The notes under the pieces: model-generated | Databases searched by the model: none | Seen by the model: only the letters and a program-made list of their open reading frames with translations | Told to the model about the DNA's origin: nothing | Program-made: the position numbers and the translations under genes | Shown: positions 29,647 to 39,620 of the stretch, in pieces | Layout of the letters: each line of letters starts with the position of its first letter | Numbering within the stretch: the stretch's first letter is position 1 | Virus record (IMG/VR): IMGVR_UViG_3300035396_000186 | Location: 1-64,000 of that record | Length of the DNA: 64,000 bases | From: a virus | Lineage: Duplodnaviria; Caudoviricetes | Reading direction: 5' to 3' (one strand)

Positions 29647-30102
29647 CTATTTCTTAATTAGTATTGCAACGATTAGTAACGCTGTCAATACTTGTGATAT
29701 AACGGATAAAACATTAGTTAGATTCCATTTATCAGTAATTATCTTTTCAATTATAATCGGTTTATCTATATAAACAGGTTTCTCTACTATTGTAGGTATT
29801 TCTATTGTTTTAACTTCTGTTAATGTAATTATTTTATCAATTTCTTTAACTTCGGTTTTATATACTATCTCAGGAATACGAAGTTCTACCATTTCTTTTA
29901 CAATAACAGGAACTTCAATTCTTTCTATCTTAATTTGTTCAATTATTTTCGGAACTTCAATTGTACTAAATTTCATATTATCAGGAAACTTAACTTCAGG
30001 AATAACTATCTCACCACCAACGATTTTAACACGCTTAGCATTAAGTACTTCGTCATGCTCATATCGGGAAATTACATTTGGATCTCTTTGACTAATTGAC
30101 AT
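29647..30102 (-). CDS. EVP/IEIP-repeat protein with C-terminal TM
   Basis: Repeated IEVP/IEIP/EKP units, hydrophobic C-terminus. Confidence 0.6.
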   Translation of the reverse strand: MSISQRDPNVISRYEHDEVLNAKRVKIVGGEIVIPEVKFPDNMKFSTIEVPKIIEQIKIERIEVPVIVKEMVELRIPEIVYKTEVKEIDKIITLTEVKTIEIPTIVEKPVYIDKPIIIEKIITDKWNLTNVLSVISQVLTALLIVAILIKK

Positions 30103-30129
30103 ACTATTCCTCTTTGAAAAGTTGTTAAA

Positions 30130-31668
30130 TTAAATACTTAGAGTTGTAGCTCGGAACTTTAAAACTGATGATGTAAACCCTGAATAATTAAGGTTTGTGT
30201 ACTGTAATTGACCACTTGAAGTAATACTAAAAGTATAACCTGTTGAATCTCCAGTATAATCTTGAGATATTTCCCAACTACTTGATTTCTGTATACCTTT
30301 TATTTCGTATACTGCATACAAAGGACTTGTCGCATTAACAATTATAGATACTTGTGCAATAAAACTTCTAACTACTGAATTTGAAAAGACAAAGCTTGTT
30401 ATATTAGTAGCAACTGAAACATTATTTGATGCTCCAAAACTAGTTTCATTTAGATCACCTGAACTTGCAATAGGTAGATTAATTTGATCTAGAGTTTCTA
30501 ATGCTGTTTGAACTGTTGTATCAGTTGGTCCAAGATTTTTAGTAAAATTTGCCGTATTAGTAGTAACTAAAGCTGCTGAATTTGTCACTGAAGCTGAAGA
30601 AGTTATTGAACGTAACACATCTTTAGCTATTTGTAATTCAGAGATAAATCCACCACCACTATTTTGAACTATAGCATAACCTAACTGTGCGAATTCTAAA
30701 GCAGCTAATTCATTAGTTGCTGAGTCAATTCCATTAGTTATTGCAGTTCGAGCTGCTCCAATGTTATTATACTCAGCATTAGACATTACAGTATAATATG
30801 TGGGATTTGAACTATTTAGATCATCTTTAGATACATATACTCTAAAAGCTCCAAATTTACCAGCACCAATTGTAGTGGGAGTACCTGCTGAATTGAATTT
30901 CATCGGTAATTCGGATTGTTGAGAATCTCTAATCCATTTACCTGAACTATTTGTATAATAGTGATTAAAAGCAACAGCAGCTCCTGCAGTATCAGGTATA
31001 CTAGTGTATAATCCATGATCTGCAACAATATCTTCCCCGACTATCTTAATTTCTCTATCTGTGGCAACACCACCAGTACCTGTAGTTACTCGTGTTATAA
31101 CAGCACCTGAACCTTGTACGATAGTTCCTACTGAACCGTGTAAATACCTAGATAATGAAGTTGAGAAACTATATGGATGGTTTTCTTTAACGGTAACATA
31201 ATTAGTACCATCATACAGAACTTCAAATAAAACAATGTTATTTGAATATAAAGTAGATGTAACAGAAGTTGATGAACCAATTATTCCGTTAGCATCAATA
31301 TAAACATAATTAATAGTATTAGCTGAAAAGACTGGACTAATTTGAGGTGCAGTCCATGATACAGGTACATTTTGTACATAACCTGTTCCTGGTCTCAATA
31401 TATTAAGTGAGCCAGAAGAAATAGAATAATAATTACCTGATCCGCCCCAGGAGACAAATCCAGTATTTAATTCATTTTGAATACTAGTATCGATACTACC
31501 TATAATATTATCAATACCGTTTAAATGTGCTGAAACTTTATCATTACCTTCAGAGGACACTTGAGTAGGTATGTAAGTTGTAGGAGTAAAATTGGCTGGC
31601 ATAGAACGAGAATTAACATCTGTTGTGCCAGTACCCCATTTTATAAATTTACTTTTTATCTGACTCAT
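30130..31668 (-). CDS. Fibre/spike-like virion protein
   Basis: 512 aa, S/T/G-rich beta-structure. Confidence 0.55.
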   Translation of the reverse strand: MSQIKSKFIKWGTGTTDVNSRSMPANFTPTTYIPTQVSSEGNDKVSAHLNGIDNIIGSIDTSIQNELNTGFVSWGGSGNYYSISSGSLNILRPGTGYVQNVPVSWTAPQISPVFSANTINYVYIDANGIIGSSTSVTSTLYSNNIVLFEVLYDGTNYVTVKENHPYSFSTSLSRYLHGSVGTIVQGSGAVITRVTTGTGGVATDREIKIVGEDIVADHGLYTSIPDTAGAAVAFNHYYTNSSGKWIRDSQQSELPMKFNSAGTPTTIGAGKFGAFRVYVSKDDLNSSNPTYYTVMSNAEYNNIGAARTAITNGIDSATNELAALEFAQLGYAIVQNSGGGFISELQIAKDVLRSITSSASVTNSAALVTTNTANFTKNLGPTDTTVQTALETLDQINLPIASSGDLNETSFGASNNVSVATNITSFVFSNSVVRSFIAQVSIIVNATSPLYAVYEIKGIQKSSSWEISQDYTGDSTGYTFSITSSGQLQYTNLNYSGFTSSVLKFRATTLSI

Positions 31669-31716
31669 ATGAACCCCGTTTTTAACATCAGCTTGCGCTG
31701 GTAAGGTTTATAAGAA

Positions 31717-31736
31717 GGGCTAGTTTTACCTAGCCC
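31717..31736 (-). terminator. Rho-independent terminator
   Basis: Minus strand GGGCTAG-GTAAAA-CTAGCCC-TTCTT. Confidence 0.7.
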
Positions 31737-31750
31737 CATATTTGAGAAAA

Positions 31751-32902
31751 TTAAGCAGCTTTAGAATATCTAACTACCACTTTATCACCAACTTCTGCTA
31801 TTGTTGCATAGTTTCCAGCAAAAGTCAATTTACCAACTCCACCAGTTCCACCATTGATACTAATAGTAAAATCTGATCCAGGTTCTTGTTCAAGACCACC
31901 AGCAGACATACTAACAGCATCAGAAGCTGAAATAGGGAAAGATAATTCAACAAATGCAGCAGAAGAAAGAGTTATTACTTCAACTTTTTCAACTCTAGCA
32001 GCAGCAGAAATAGCTCCTGAAACATATGATTTCATTGAACTAACTGAAGCAGCTTGATCTGTTTGTGATCCAGCAGTACTGTTTACAACAGCAGCAGTTT
32101 TAGCTCGACTATCTAGGAAATATAGGTTAGTTGATCCTTCAGCAATGTCATCAGTATCAATCGTTACAGCTCCGGCTGTAGGACTAACACCGTTAACACT
32201 TTTTACAACGATAGAATCGTTAGCTTTAAGTGCTAAAGCATCAAATACTGAATTACCATCTGGAGCATGAGTAGTATCTCCATCAACAATTGAACTAGCG
32301 ATGATATCGCCTCTAGCAGTAGCAGTTACATAATATTTATTGGTTCCTTCAGAAATATCAGAAGTTGAAAGAACAACAACGCCTGTTTGACCGTTCACTG
32401 ATTGAACTGGAGACATAGGAGTTAAGAGTTCTTGCCAATTAGCTAATACTGATGGAAGACCGCTAACTAAGATGTAAGATTTAGAAACATCTGTTCTAAC
32501 AGCAACATCACCTTGTTCGCAAGTTAATGCTAACATAGCAGCTTCAGAAGCAACAACAAATGTATCTGTAATTGCAATAGCTGGAATTTGTGATGCAGTT
32601 AATTTAGAATCAGCACCTAGAGTTGCAACACCATTAGCCGCACCTTTCTCAGAATTATTAACTTTCGTTCCTAATCCTGTGTCAAATTGTGACTTTCTAA
32701 CTAAGTCATTTGCAGCAGAAGCATCTGATGTAGCTTGTGGTACGCTAGAAAACTCCACTTTGTCTGAAGCATTGACTTTTAAAATACTAATGTCTGCATC
32801 ATCTGCAGCATTACGACCTTTTAGAACTTCATTGTTGTCTAAACGGATCTTTGATCCATTGACAGCATTGTTCTCGATGAATTTACGTTTGAGTTGTGCC
32901 AT
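31751..32902 (-). CDS. Fibre/decoration virion protein
   Basis: 383 aa; VQSVNGQTGVVVL and VKSVNGVSP fibre repeats; KGAANGVATL. Confidence 0.65.
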   Translation of the reverse strand: MAQLKRKFIENNAVNGSKIRLDNNEVLKGRNAADDADISILKVNASDKVEFSSVPQATSDASAANDLVRKSQFDTGLGTKVNNSEKGAANGVATLGADSKLTASQIPAIAITDTFVVASEAAMLALTCEQGDVAVRTDVSKSYILVSGLPSVLANWQELLTPMSPVQSVNGQTGVVVLSTSDISEGTNKYYVTATARGDIIASSIVDGDTTHAPDGNSVFDALALKANDSIVVKSVNGVSPTAGAVTIDTDDIAEGSTNLYFLDSRAKTAAVVNSTAGSQTDQAASVSSMKSYVSGAISAAARVEKVEVITLSSAAFVELSFPISASDAVSMSAGGLEQEPGSDFTISINGGTGGVGKLTFAGNYATIAEVGDKVVVRYSKAA

Positions 32903-32919
32903 TTAAAACCTCCAAAAAG

Positions 32920-33246
32920 TTAATATACATAGATAATAGTGATCTTATCATTCATACTTATAAGACCATCTAAGCCCAAACCTACCCAGGATAATCTCTT
33001 CCCACCGTCATCTGAAGTAACTGTATAATCGGAACCATAAAACTGTCCTACAGCGCCTTCAATTTCTATTGAAACTTGATTAGCATACTTAGGGGTATAT
33101 TGTAATACTAGATATTTATTAGTAGCTTCTGTTATTGTAACTGTTCTAGTTTCAGTATTAACTGTATCACCAGCAGGAGGAACTGGACCAGAACCTTCTC
33201 CTGTCATATCAAAGAATCCACTTAATGGATTTAACTTCTGACCCAT
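32920..33246 (-). CDS. Virion protein
   Basis: 108 aa; C-terminal module similar to that of the 383-aa protein (GSDYTV / GSDFTI). Confidence 0.55.
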   Translation of the reverse strand: MGQKLNPLSGFFDMTGEGSGPVPPAGDTVNTETRTVTITEATNKYLVLQYTPKYANQVSIEIEGAVGQFYGSDYTVTSDDGGKRLSWVGLGLDGLISMNDKITIIYVY

Positions 33247-33401
33247 ATAAAACTCCCATTATTTAATATAAAACATGTAATAAGTATCAAATTAACGATA
33301 GTTGACAATAAAAAATAACGATAATATCTCAACCCTTGAGGTGAGTATCTTTTATAGATCGGTTGATCTGGCATTTCTTTTCTAATTGTTATTCTAGCCA
33401 T
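33231..33401 (-). CDS. Small single-TM protein not in the ORF track (56 aa)
   Basis: MARITIRKEMPDQPIYKRYSPQGLRYYRYFLLSTIVNLILITCFIL...; fills the gap between neighbours. Confidence 0.45.
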   Translation of the reverse strand: MARITIRKEMPDQPIYKRYSPQGLRYYRYFLLSTIVNLILITCFILNNGSFIWVRS

Positions 33402-33852
33402 TTTTTCTCTTTTCTAATATATCATGAACCTCTTGAGGAGTAAGAAAATCATTAGCTCCATCAAGTTTCAATGCCTTACTAACTAATTCTGAACAGATAA
33501 AACTTTGATTATCATCTTTACCTATCTTAGCTTTTAATAATATACCAATTAATGTTAAAAATCCATATGGTTTATTACTATTATCTATGCAAAATCTCAT
33601 CAAATCTAGTTTATGTTCATCAGTAATTTCTAAAGTGAATTCATCTACTATCTTATTTCTTTTTGACCAGTTTGTCAATTCTTCAAAGTGTACATCTCCA
33701 TGACTTGCTTCATAAACAACATCTCTATCGATCTTGTCCATATTGAACTGTAAATAAGTATGTGAAAATTCACTCATACCTTGGTATAAACGTATTAACC
33801 AACTTACAATATTAAATTTCTGAGGTCTTGAAAACCCAACTTTAATCTTCAT
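33394..33852 (-). CDS. Permuted papain-like (NlpC/P60, YiiX/YaeF-type) amidase/peptidase
   Basis: FSHTYL His, YEAS, KPYG, FICSELV Cys in permuted order. Confidence 0.75.
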   Translation of the reverse strand: MKIKVGFSRPQKFNIVSWLIRLYQGMSEFSHTYLQFNMDKIDRDVVYEASHGDVHFEELTNWSKRNKIVDEFTLEITDEHKLDLMRFCIDNSNKPYGFLTLIGILLKAKIGKDDNQSFICSELVSKALKLDGANDFLTPQEVHDILEKRKNG

Positions 33853-33860
33853 ACTTTCCT

Positions 33861-34544
33861 TTATAGTTTTTTAGTCAAATGATAATTCATGACAACTTGT
33901 CTTTCAACTCCTTCTTCTGTAGCACAATATGTAACTCTAAGATATAGATTCTGGCTTATTTTTGCGGTTAATGGCATAGTATTTAAACAATATGTAGTCA
34001 CTTCACCATCAATTGGAAGCCATGCTTTTTCTACGTATCTAGCGACTGTTGGATAGTTTTCACATAAAACTGGACGATATGGTGCAGGGATAATTCCTAA
34101 TAAATCCACAACTTCTGCTGTTATGTAATCTCCAAATTGACCATTTTTAATTATTAATTCTCCACCAGAAACAAATCTTTCATCAATCATTTTAAAATCG
34201 ATATTAGTACAAGAATTAGGTGAGACATGAGATATACTATCTGTAGCATTTCTTTTAGTTCGATGAGAAGGAACGGCAAATGGGTTTGAATCTATCGGAT
34301 TAGTATTTGAAACTCTTAATGGATTAGTTGTTGTTGAATCTAATAATTGACCGACAGAACCTTCATCAATTAATGCTTGTTCATATTCGACTAGTGATAT
34401 AGAGTTAATTAACGTTTGATAATCAGTTTCAGTTATTTCTAATTCTATATCTTCAGTTTTGATATAACTAACAGTCCATGGATATTCATTAGGCATTTTA
34501 GGATGTTTAATTGGATTTAACGATTGGGGTTTATAATACAACAT
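33861..34544 (-). CDS. Virion-associated hypothetical protein
   Basis: 227-aa ORF in the fibre cluster. Confidence 0.55.
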   Translation of the reverse strand: MLYYKPQSLNPIKHPKMPNEYPWTVSYIKTEDIELEITETDYQTLINSISLVEYEQALIDEGSVGQLLDSTTTNPLRVSNTNPIDSNPFAVPSHRTKRNATDSISHVSPNSCTNIDFKMIDERFVSGGELIIKNGQFGDYITAEVVDLLGIIPAPYRPVLCENYPTVARYVEKAWLPIDGEVTTYCLNTMPLTAKISQNLYLRVTYCATEEGVERQVVMNYHLTKKL

Positions 34545-36361
34545 TAGTAACTCCTTACTTCACAAGTAGAACCAATCATTACAGAAACTTGTGTACCATT
34601 AGACTCTGACCTAAATTGTGGAATCAATGTTAATGGTGTTCCACTAGCTCCTGAACAATTAAATATACCGTCTATTCTACATATGTAATCAGTATTAACT
34701 GCTGGAGTAGCAGTAAAAGTTGTTGCAGTATTTAATGCTTTCATTGGTAATATTGTTCCAGATGTTGTTGTAGTATTAGCTATTGTTACAGCAGATAATG
34801 TACCTGTTGCTCCTCCAGTGGTTGTAAATGCGACTACAATACCTGTACCTGTTGCTGCTGACCTATATCTTAACATAATCTGAAATTTATAATAACCACC
34901 TATAGCAATTGGTATAGTTAAATTTGATATATTAACAAATACTGAATTAGAAGAATTATTTAATTGAGCTGTAGTATGATAGAATACGTCATTCGTTATA
35001 CCATCAAGTTTAGCTTTATCAGTAGTTGACATAAATCCTGGAACTAAAGTAGTTGCTTCATTATGAGCATTTGAACTATCTACATTTAGTAAACTATTAT
35101 GGTCTACACCAGCAGGCAATACTGTTGCTGAAATTGTATTAGCTGTATCATTATAAGTCAAATCTACTGAAGATGAATCAGTTAGGATATTACCTACAGC
35201 ATCTTGAGCTTGTTCATCTGTATATTGAGTAATAGTAGAAGCAACAGTTAATGTATTTGATGGATCATTATAAGTTAGAGTAATTCCTGTTCCAGGTTGT
35301 AATAAAGCGGCAACTCTATCATCAGTAGCTTCAGCAAAATCACTAATGGTAGTTGATAATTGCGTACCTGTATGATTAGCTCTTTGTATAGCAAAAGCTT
35401 GAGCACTTGATGCTGCACCTAAAACATCTGCTCCAACTTGAGCAGCAGTTGTACTATGTGGATTAGATGTACTAGCTATATGAGCTTGAATATTACTATT
35501 AGCAGGTTCTTTTCCAGCTAAATCTGTAACTAAGTTAGTTACTTGTGATTCAGGTATTTGAATAGGAGTATTTGTAACTCCACTAACTCGACCTTGTGTA
35601 TCAGTAGTTAATACTGGAACATTTGTTGCAGATCCATAAGTTCCTGCAGTTCCAACATTTGGCATAGCTAAAGTTCTATTAGTTGAAAGATCTCCACCGC
35701 CAGTTAAACCTGAACCTGCACTAATAGTAGTAACTTTATCAGCTTTAAGAGCTATTGCAGCAGAATTAGCAGATTGAGCCGCAGTTGTAAAATCTGATAT
35801 TGTAGAAGATAATTGAGTACCAGTATGATTAGCACGTTGAATTGAGTATGCTTGTGCTGTTGCCGCAGCTCCAGCAACATCAGCTCCAACTTGTGTATAT
35901 GTTGTAGCATGAGGATTTGAAGTGCTAGCTATATGTGAATCAATTTGTGCATGAGTATTAGTTCCTGCTCCAGATAAACTTTGATGAGCAATACCAGCAG
36001 GTAATACGTTAGCTGTTATATGATTATTTACATCATCATAAACAAATTGTACTGTTGAACTATTTAATAGAGCAGCAGCTATTGCATCTTGTGCTTGTTC
36101 ATCGGTATATTGAGTAATGGTTGAAGAAATTGTAAGGGAATTATTTGGATCATCATATACTACTGAAATTCCAGATCCAGCTTGTACTAAACTGGCTACT
36201 ATATCTTGTACTTCTTCAGGAGTTATACCTGTCGAATATACTCTAGTGAGTCCATCAGAACCAACACTTTTCAATTGATTATTTTCAACATAAATAATGG
36301 AATTACCCGTTGAAGGTGTTGCCGGAGTTGCTGTTTCATTTTGAATTCTTATTTTACCCAT
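34544..36361 (-). CDS. Tail fibre-like protein with duplicated repeat blocks
   Basis: 605 aa; two copies each of TITQYTDEQAQDA and HIASTSNPH...QRANHTGTQLS.TISDF. Confidence 0.7.
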   Translation of the reverse strand: MGKIRIQNETATPATPSTGNSIIYVENNQLKSVGSDGLTRVYSTGITPEEVQDIVASLVQAGSGISVVYDDPNNSLTISSTITQYTDEQAQDAIAAALLNSSTVQFVYDDVNNHITANVLPAGIAHQSLSGAGTNTHAQIDSHIASTSNPHATTYTQVGADVAGAAATAQAYSIQRANHTGTQLSSTISDFTTAAQSANSAAIALKADKVTTISAGSGLTGGGDLSTNRTLAMPNVGTAGTYGSATNVPVLTTDTQGRVSGVTNTPIQIPESQVTNLVTDLAGKEPANSNIQAHIASTSNPHSTTAAQVGADVLGAASSAQAFAIQRANHTGTQLSTTISDFAEATDDRVAALLQPGTGITLTYNDPSNTLTVASTITQYTDEQAQDAVGNILTDSSSVDLTYNDTANTISATVLPAGVDHNSLLNVDSSNAHNEATTLVPGFMSTTDKAKLDGITNDVFYHTTAQLNNSSNSVFVNISNLTIPIAIGGYYKFQIMLRYRSAATGTGIVVAFTTTGGATGTLSAVTIANTTTTSGTILPMKALNTATTFTATPAVNTDYICRIDGIFNCSGASGTPLTLIPQFRSESNGTQVSVMIGSTCEVRSY

Positions 36362-36367
36362 ATATTC

Positions 36368-36724
36368 CTACCAGTTGTTGATGATTACATCACCACTTAG
36401 AGATAAATTACCATCTATTTTTAAATCACCATATACTATCATTTGTTGAGTCTCAGGTATTGCAACTAATTGCGTTCCTGTTATAGTTTTAATATTAAAG
36501 TTATTACCAGTCCAATCTATCTTAGCTAATGTCGATTCAGCGTCGTAATCTATAGAACCGTCATTGTATACTATTGTACCATCTAATATGCCATTTATCA
36601 ATTGATCGTCAAACATCTTAGCAATATCAGAAACTTGTACTTCAGTATAATTTATTGATATAACAATACCACTACTTTCATGTAGTATGTCAGATCCTGT
36701 TGTACTTTTAAATAAATTCTTCAT
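36368..36724 (-). CDS. Virion-associated hypothetical protein
   Basis: 118 aa in the fibre cluster. Confidence 0.55.
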   Translation of the reverse strand: MKNLFKSTTGSDILHESSGIVISINYTEVQVSDIAKMFDDQLINGILDGTIVYNDGSIDYDAESTLAKIDWTGNNFNIKTITGTQLVAIPETQQMIVYGDLKIDGNLSLSGDVIINNW

Positions 36725-36725
36725 A

Positions 36726-37430
36726 CTATGCTGGTATTAAATAAATCATAAATACAATATTATTTGTTGTACTTCCCGATTTATTATACGCCCCTATTTC
36801 ATAATTCGGACCTATATTTATATCTAATCCAATCGATACAGCTTTGTATGTACCTGCTGGAATAACAATATATGCATTTGGTATATCTACAAATGTAGCT
36901 AAACCTGTTCTTCTAGTTATTTGTATTCTTGTTGTAGACCCAACATTTGCTGATGTTGAAACACCAAGTTTTACTATTTTATTCGTTCCATCTATTGTTT
37001 GTCCAGTTAAATTTGTAGGAACTACACCTGTTCTTAAAGCTGTACCTACAGTACAGTTACCATCTTTTGATAAAACGAATGGTGGTGTAACTCCCGAACC
37101 TCCACCAGCACCCATAGGACTTTGGAGTTCAAATTTACTAGTTACTGAGTTCCATGTTAATACGTAACCATTAACTAAATTAGCTAGATCTACATCTTTC
37201 CTAGCTATTCTATCTATTGCATCTTTAAGAGAAGCAACAACTGTTTCACTATCTTGTAATGCTATTTTGTTATTGATCGATTCAATAACGGCAATTTCTT
37301 GACCTTCAAAAGTAACACCCTTCGCATCAAGAAAATCTTGAGTTGGATCGGCTTCAGTAGGAGCGAAATTCAGTTGGGTACCTTCTGAAGGTGTCTCCAT
37401 CTTGAGGGGTTTAATTTTATCTCGTGCCAT
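36726..37430 (-). CDS. Fibre-like virion protein
   Basis: 234 aa; GYVLTWNSVTSKF fibre motif and Gly linker. Confidence 0.55.
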   Translation of the reverse strand: MARDKIKPLKMETPSEGTQLNFAPTEADPTQDFLDAKGVTFEGQEIAVIESINNKIALQDSETVVASLKDAIDRIARKDVDLANLVNGYVLTWNSVTSKFELQSPMGAGGGSGVTPPFVLSKDGNCTVGTALRTGVVPTNLTGQTIDGTNKIVKLGVSTSANVGSTTRIQITRRTGLATFVDIPNAYIVIPAGTYKAVSIGLDINIGPNYEIGAYNKSGSTTNNIVFMIYLIPA

Positions 37431-37692
37431 ATTTTCCTATAAAAGCAGGAGGGATTTTACACCCTCCATCAAACAACTCAGAACTAATCTTGTTTGTCCT
37501 GAAGTTGAAGGTGTTTATATATTTGTCTAACTCTGTCCAATATTCATTTCGACAGATATTGCATCGACATAGATATAGATTGGTTGATTTTTTTTTCATA
37601 ACATTCTTAACATCGAGAATAGTTAATAGACCATATGTCTTACCTATAAACTTTGATCCGAATTTATACCATTTTTTATTTATATTACTCAT
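37417..37692 (-). pseudogene. Truncated homing endonuclease (N-terminal domain only)
   Basis: FIGKTYGLLTIL...YLCRCNIC matches the typical HNH N-terminal domain; no nuclease core follows. Confidence 0.55.
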
Positions 37693-37714
37693 ATCTATAC
37701 TATATCATATTAAG

Positions 37715-37732
37715 GGGAGTTTTGCAACTCCC
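37715..37732 (-). terminator. Terminator-like hairpin with GCAA loop overlapping a promoter
   Basis: Minus strand GGGAGTT-GCAA-AACTCCC; TTGCAA-17-TATAGT spans 37727-37699. Confidence 0.55.
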
Positions 37733-37740
37733 CAGTTTTA

Positions 37741-38550
37741 TTAAGCTCGTTTAGCTAAATATTGAAGTTGAAGTTGCATTTCTGTAGTAGATTTAGCATA
37801 ACCTAAACTAACAATATTATGTCCAGAACCTGTTGGTACACTAGTTGTTGAAGCGCCAGCAGTTGCTGCTGATAAGTAATATCTTGATCCAGCAGTTAAT
37901 CCTGTAAAACCTGATAATACGCCATCAGATGTAATGTTACCTTGAGCTGCAGATAAAATCGCAGCTTTTGCTGCACCGATAGCTCTTGCTTTAACGTCAT
38001 CATTAGCAATAGCTTTTGATACGGTATTAGCAGCACTAATGTATACAAAATCGCATGCAGAGATTGCTTCTCCAGCAGTGTACATGTTAGTAACTCTATT
38101 ACTGTCTGAAACGGTATTCATGTTGTCCCATTCAGTTCCATTCCATAAATACAAGTTCTTTCCTGCACTATCGAATACTAATTGTCCAGATCCACTTGTT
38201 GGGACTGCACTAGGTACTCCAGCTAGTGCTGGTAATCTGAAAGCTTCAACTTCACCAGTAACATCAGTTACTACTGGAAATTGAATAGATGCTCCAACAT
38301 CCATAACGTTATCTTTACTTTCAGCCATATATTTATTAACGATAATACCGTTCAATAAATCTACTGCTGGGTTGTTGAAAGAAACATCTTTGATGTCTGA
38401 GATGTCAGTGTTGTTCATATCAAGTCCTGTTGAACTTAATACTGCACCACCGTTAACTGTGAAAGATGATAGTGTAATATCATCTGCGGTTGAATCGAAC
38501 TCTTGTGGAAGACCATCAGAGTTGATTTTTAAAAGTTTAATTTGAGCCAT
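37741..38550 (-). CDS. Virion protein with DUF2190-like C-terminal module
   Basis: 269 aa; AGEAISACDFVY...KA.A...AIG...SDG...GLTAGSRYYLS. Confidence 0.6.
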   Translation of the reverse strand: MAQIKLLKINSDGLPQEFDSTADDITLSSFTVNGGAVLSSTGLDMNNTDISDIKDVSFNNPAVDLLNGIIVNKYMAESKDNVMDVGASIQFPVVTDVTGEVEAFRLPALAGVPSAVPTSGSGQLVFDSAGKNLYLWNGTEWDNMNTVSDSNRVTNMYTAGEAISACDFVYISAANTVSKAIANDDVKARAIGAAKAAILSAAQGNITSDGVLSGFTGLTAGSRYYLSAATAGASTTSVPTGSGHNIVSLGYAKSTTEMQLQLQYLAKRA

Positions 38551-38610
38551 TGTAAATCCTTGTTTTTATTAGTCTTTTGGACTAATTTGTTGTTTTGTAA
38601 CCAGTAACAA

Positions 38611-38928
38611 TTAACCTTTCTCGATTTCTTTAACGTCTTTAACCTCGAAAGTGTAAGGATCAATAGCACAGTTTTCCAATTTGACTCCTAGTTCCTCACT
38701 TAGTCGATTTCTGAATTCCTCGTAATGTTTCTTTAAGTCAATGAATTCTAAATCACGAGTTCTTACTTCTTCTTTATGTAAGACAGCTTTTAAACGCATT
38801 ATTTCAATTTCTTTTTCTAATAGATTTTGTGTAAGTCTAGTCAATTTAGCTTTAGTTTCACCATGTGACATTTCTTCTATGGTCGTTCTCCATTCCCAGT
38901 ATTTCTCAGGTTTTAAGAAAGTAGACAT
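38611..38928 (-). CDS. Coiled-coil hypothetical protein
   Basis: 105 aa, GGAG SD. Confidence 0.6.
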   Translation of the reverse strand: MSTFLKPEKYWEWRTTIEEMSHGETKAKLTRLTQNLLEKEIEIMRLKAVLHKEEVRTRDLEFIDLKKHYEEFRNRLSEELGVKLENCAIDPYTFEVKDVKEIEKG

Positions 38929-38976
38929 ACAATTATCTCCTATCGTATAGTTGTTTAAACTAGTAAAATCACTTTA

Positions 38977-39186
38977 TTACCAAGCCAAATCTTTGATTTG
39001 ATCTATAGTTGATTTTAGTTTAGATACATCACTCTTCTGGAATTCTAATTTAAGAGTTCTCCATAAAGAATCTTCTATCTCAAATTGGGCTTTAATCTTA
39101 CCCCTAGCTATAACACTATAGGATTTGATTTCATACCCCTTTAAGACTAGGAACGCCATAAGCCATACATCTGTCGTTTCTTTCAT
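38977..39186 (-). CDS. Small hypothetical protein
   Basis: 69 aa, ETTDVWLMAFL..KG. Confidence 0.6.
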   Translation of the reverse strand: MKETTDVWLMAFLVLKGYEIKSYSVIARGKIKAQFEIEDSLWRTLKLEFQKSDVSKLKSTIDQIKDLAW

Positions 39187-39198
39187 AAAAACCCCTAA

Positions 39199-39606
39199 CT
39201 AGGCACGAACTAAGCGTTGCCCTATATTAACTAATAATCTATCTGCTGTAACAGCTCTAGCTACTGGAGTTATAATAGATCCAGAACTAACCGTCACATT
39301 TAAGGTCATTTGACCTAAAACCATATCACTTAAATAATATTGTCTATTTAGTGTAAGTCCTGTAAATACCGATTTAGATAAACCACATACTAAAACATTT
39401 GCTAATGTAGAAGCAGGTTTCTCTTCAATAATTCCAATAACTTCACTATTATCTCTACTATCAGCTATAGCTTTGATCAGGAAGCCAGTAGACGGATCAA
39501 TTCTGACCCAATCTCCGACTTGTAAAGACGAATCGCATGTAGCTTCTCTTAATACTACTCGACCATCTTCAAATAAGGAGGTTTGACTAATAAATGACAT
39601 TAACAA
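39199..39606 (-). CDS. Virion protein, DUF2190-like (paralogous to the 269-aa C-terminus)
   Basis: GDWVRID...KAIADS...VIG...GLTLNRQYYLS. Confidence 0.6.
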   Translation of the reverse strand: MLMSFISQTSLFEDGRVVLREATCDSSLQVGDWVRIDPSTGFLIKAIADSRDNSEVIGIIEEKPASTLANVLVCGLSKSVFTGLTLNRQYYLSDMVLGQMTLNVTVSSGSIITPVARAVTADRLLVNIGQRLVRA

Positions 39607-39620
39607 TAACCCTTAATATA

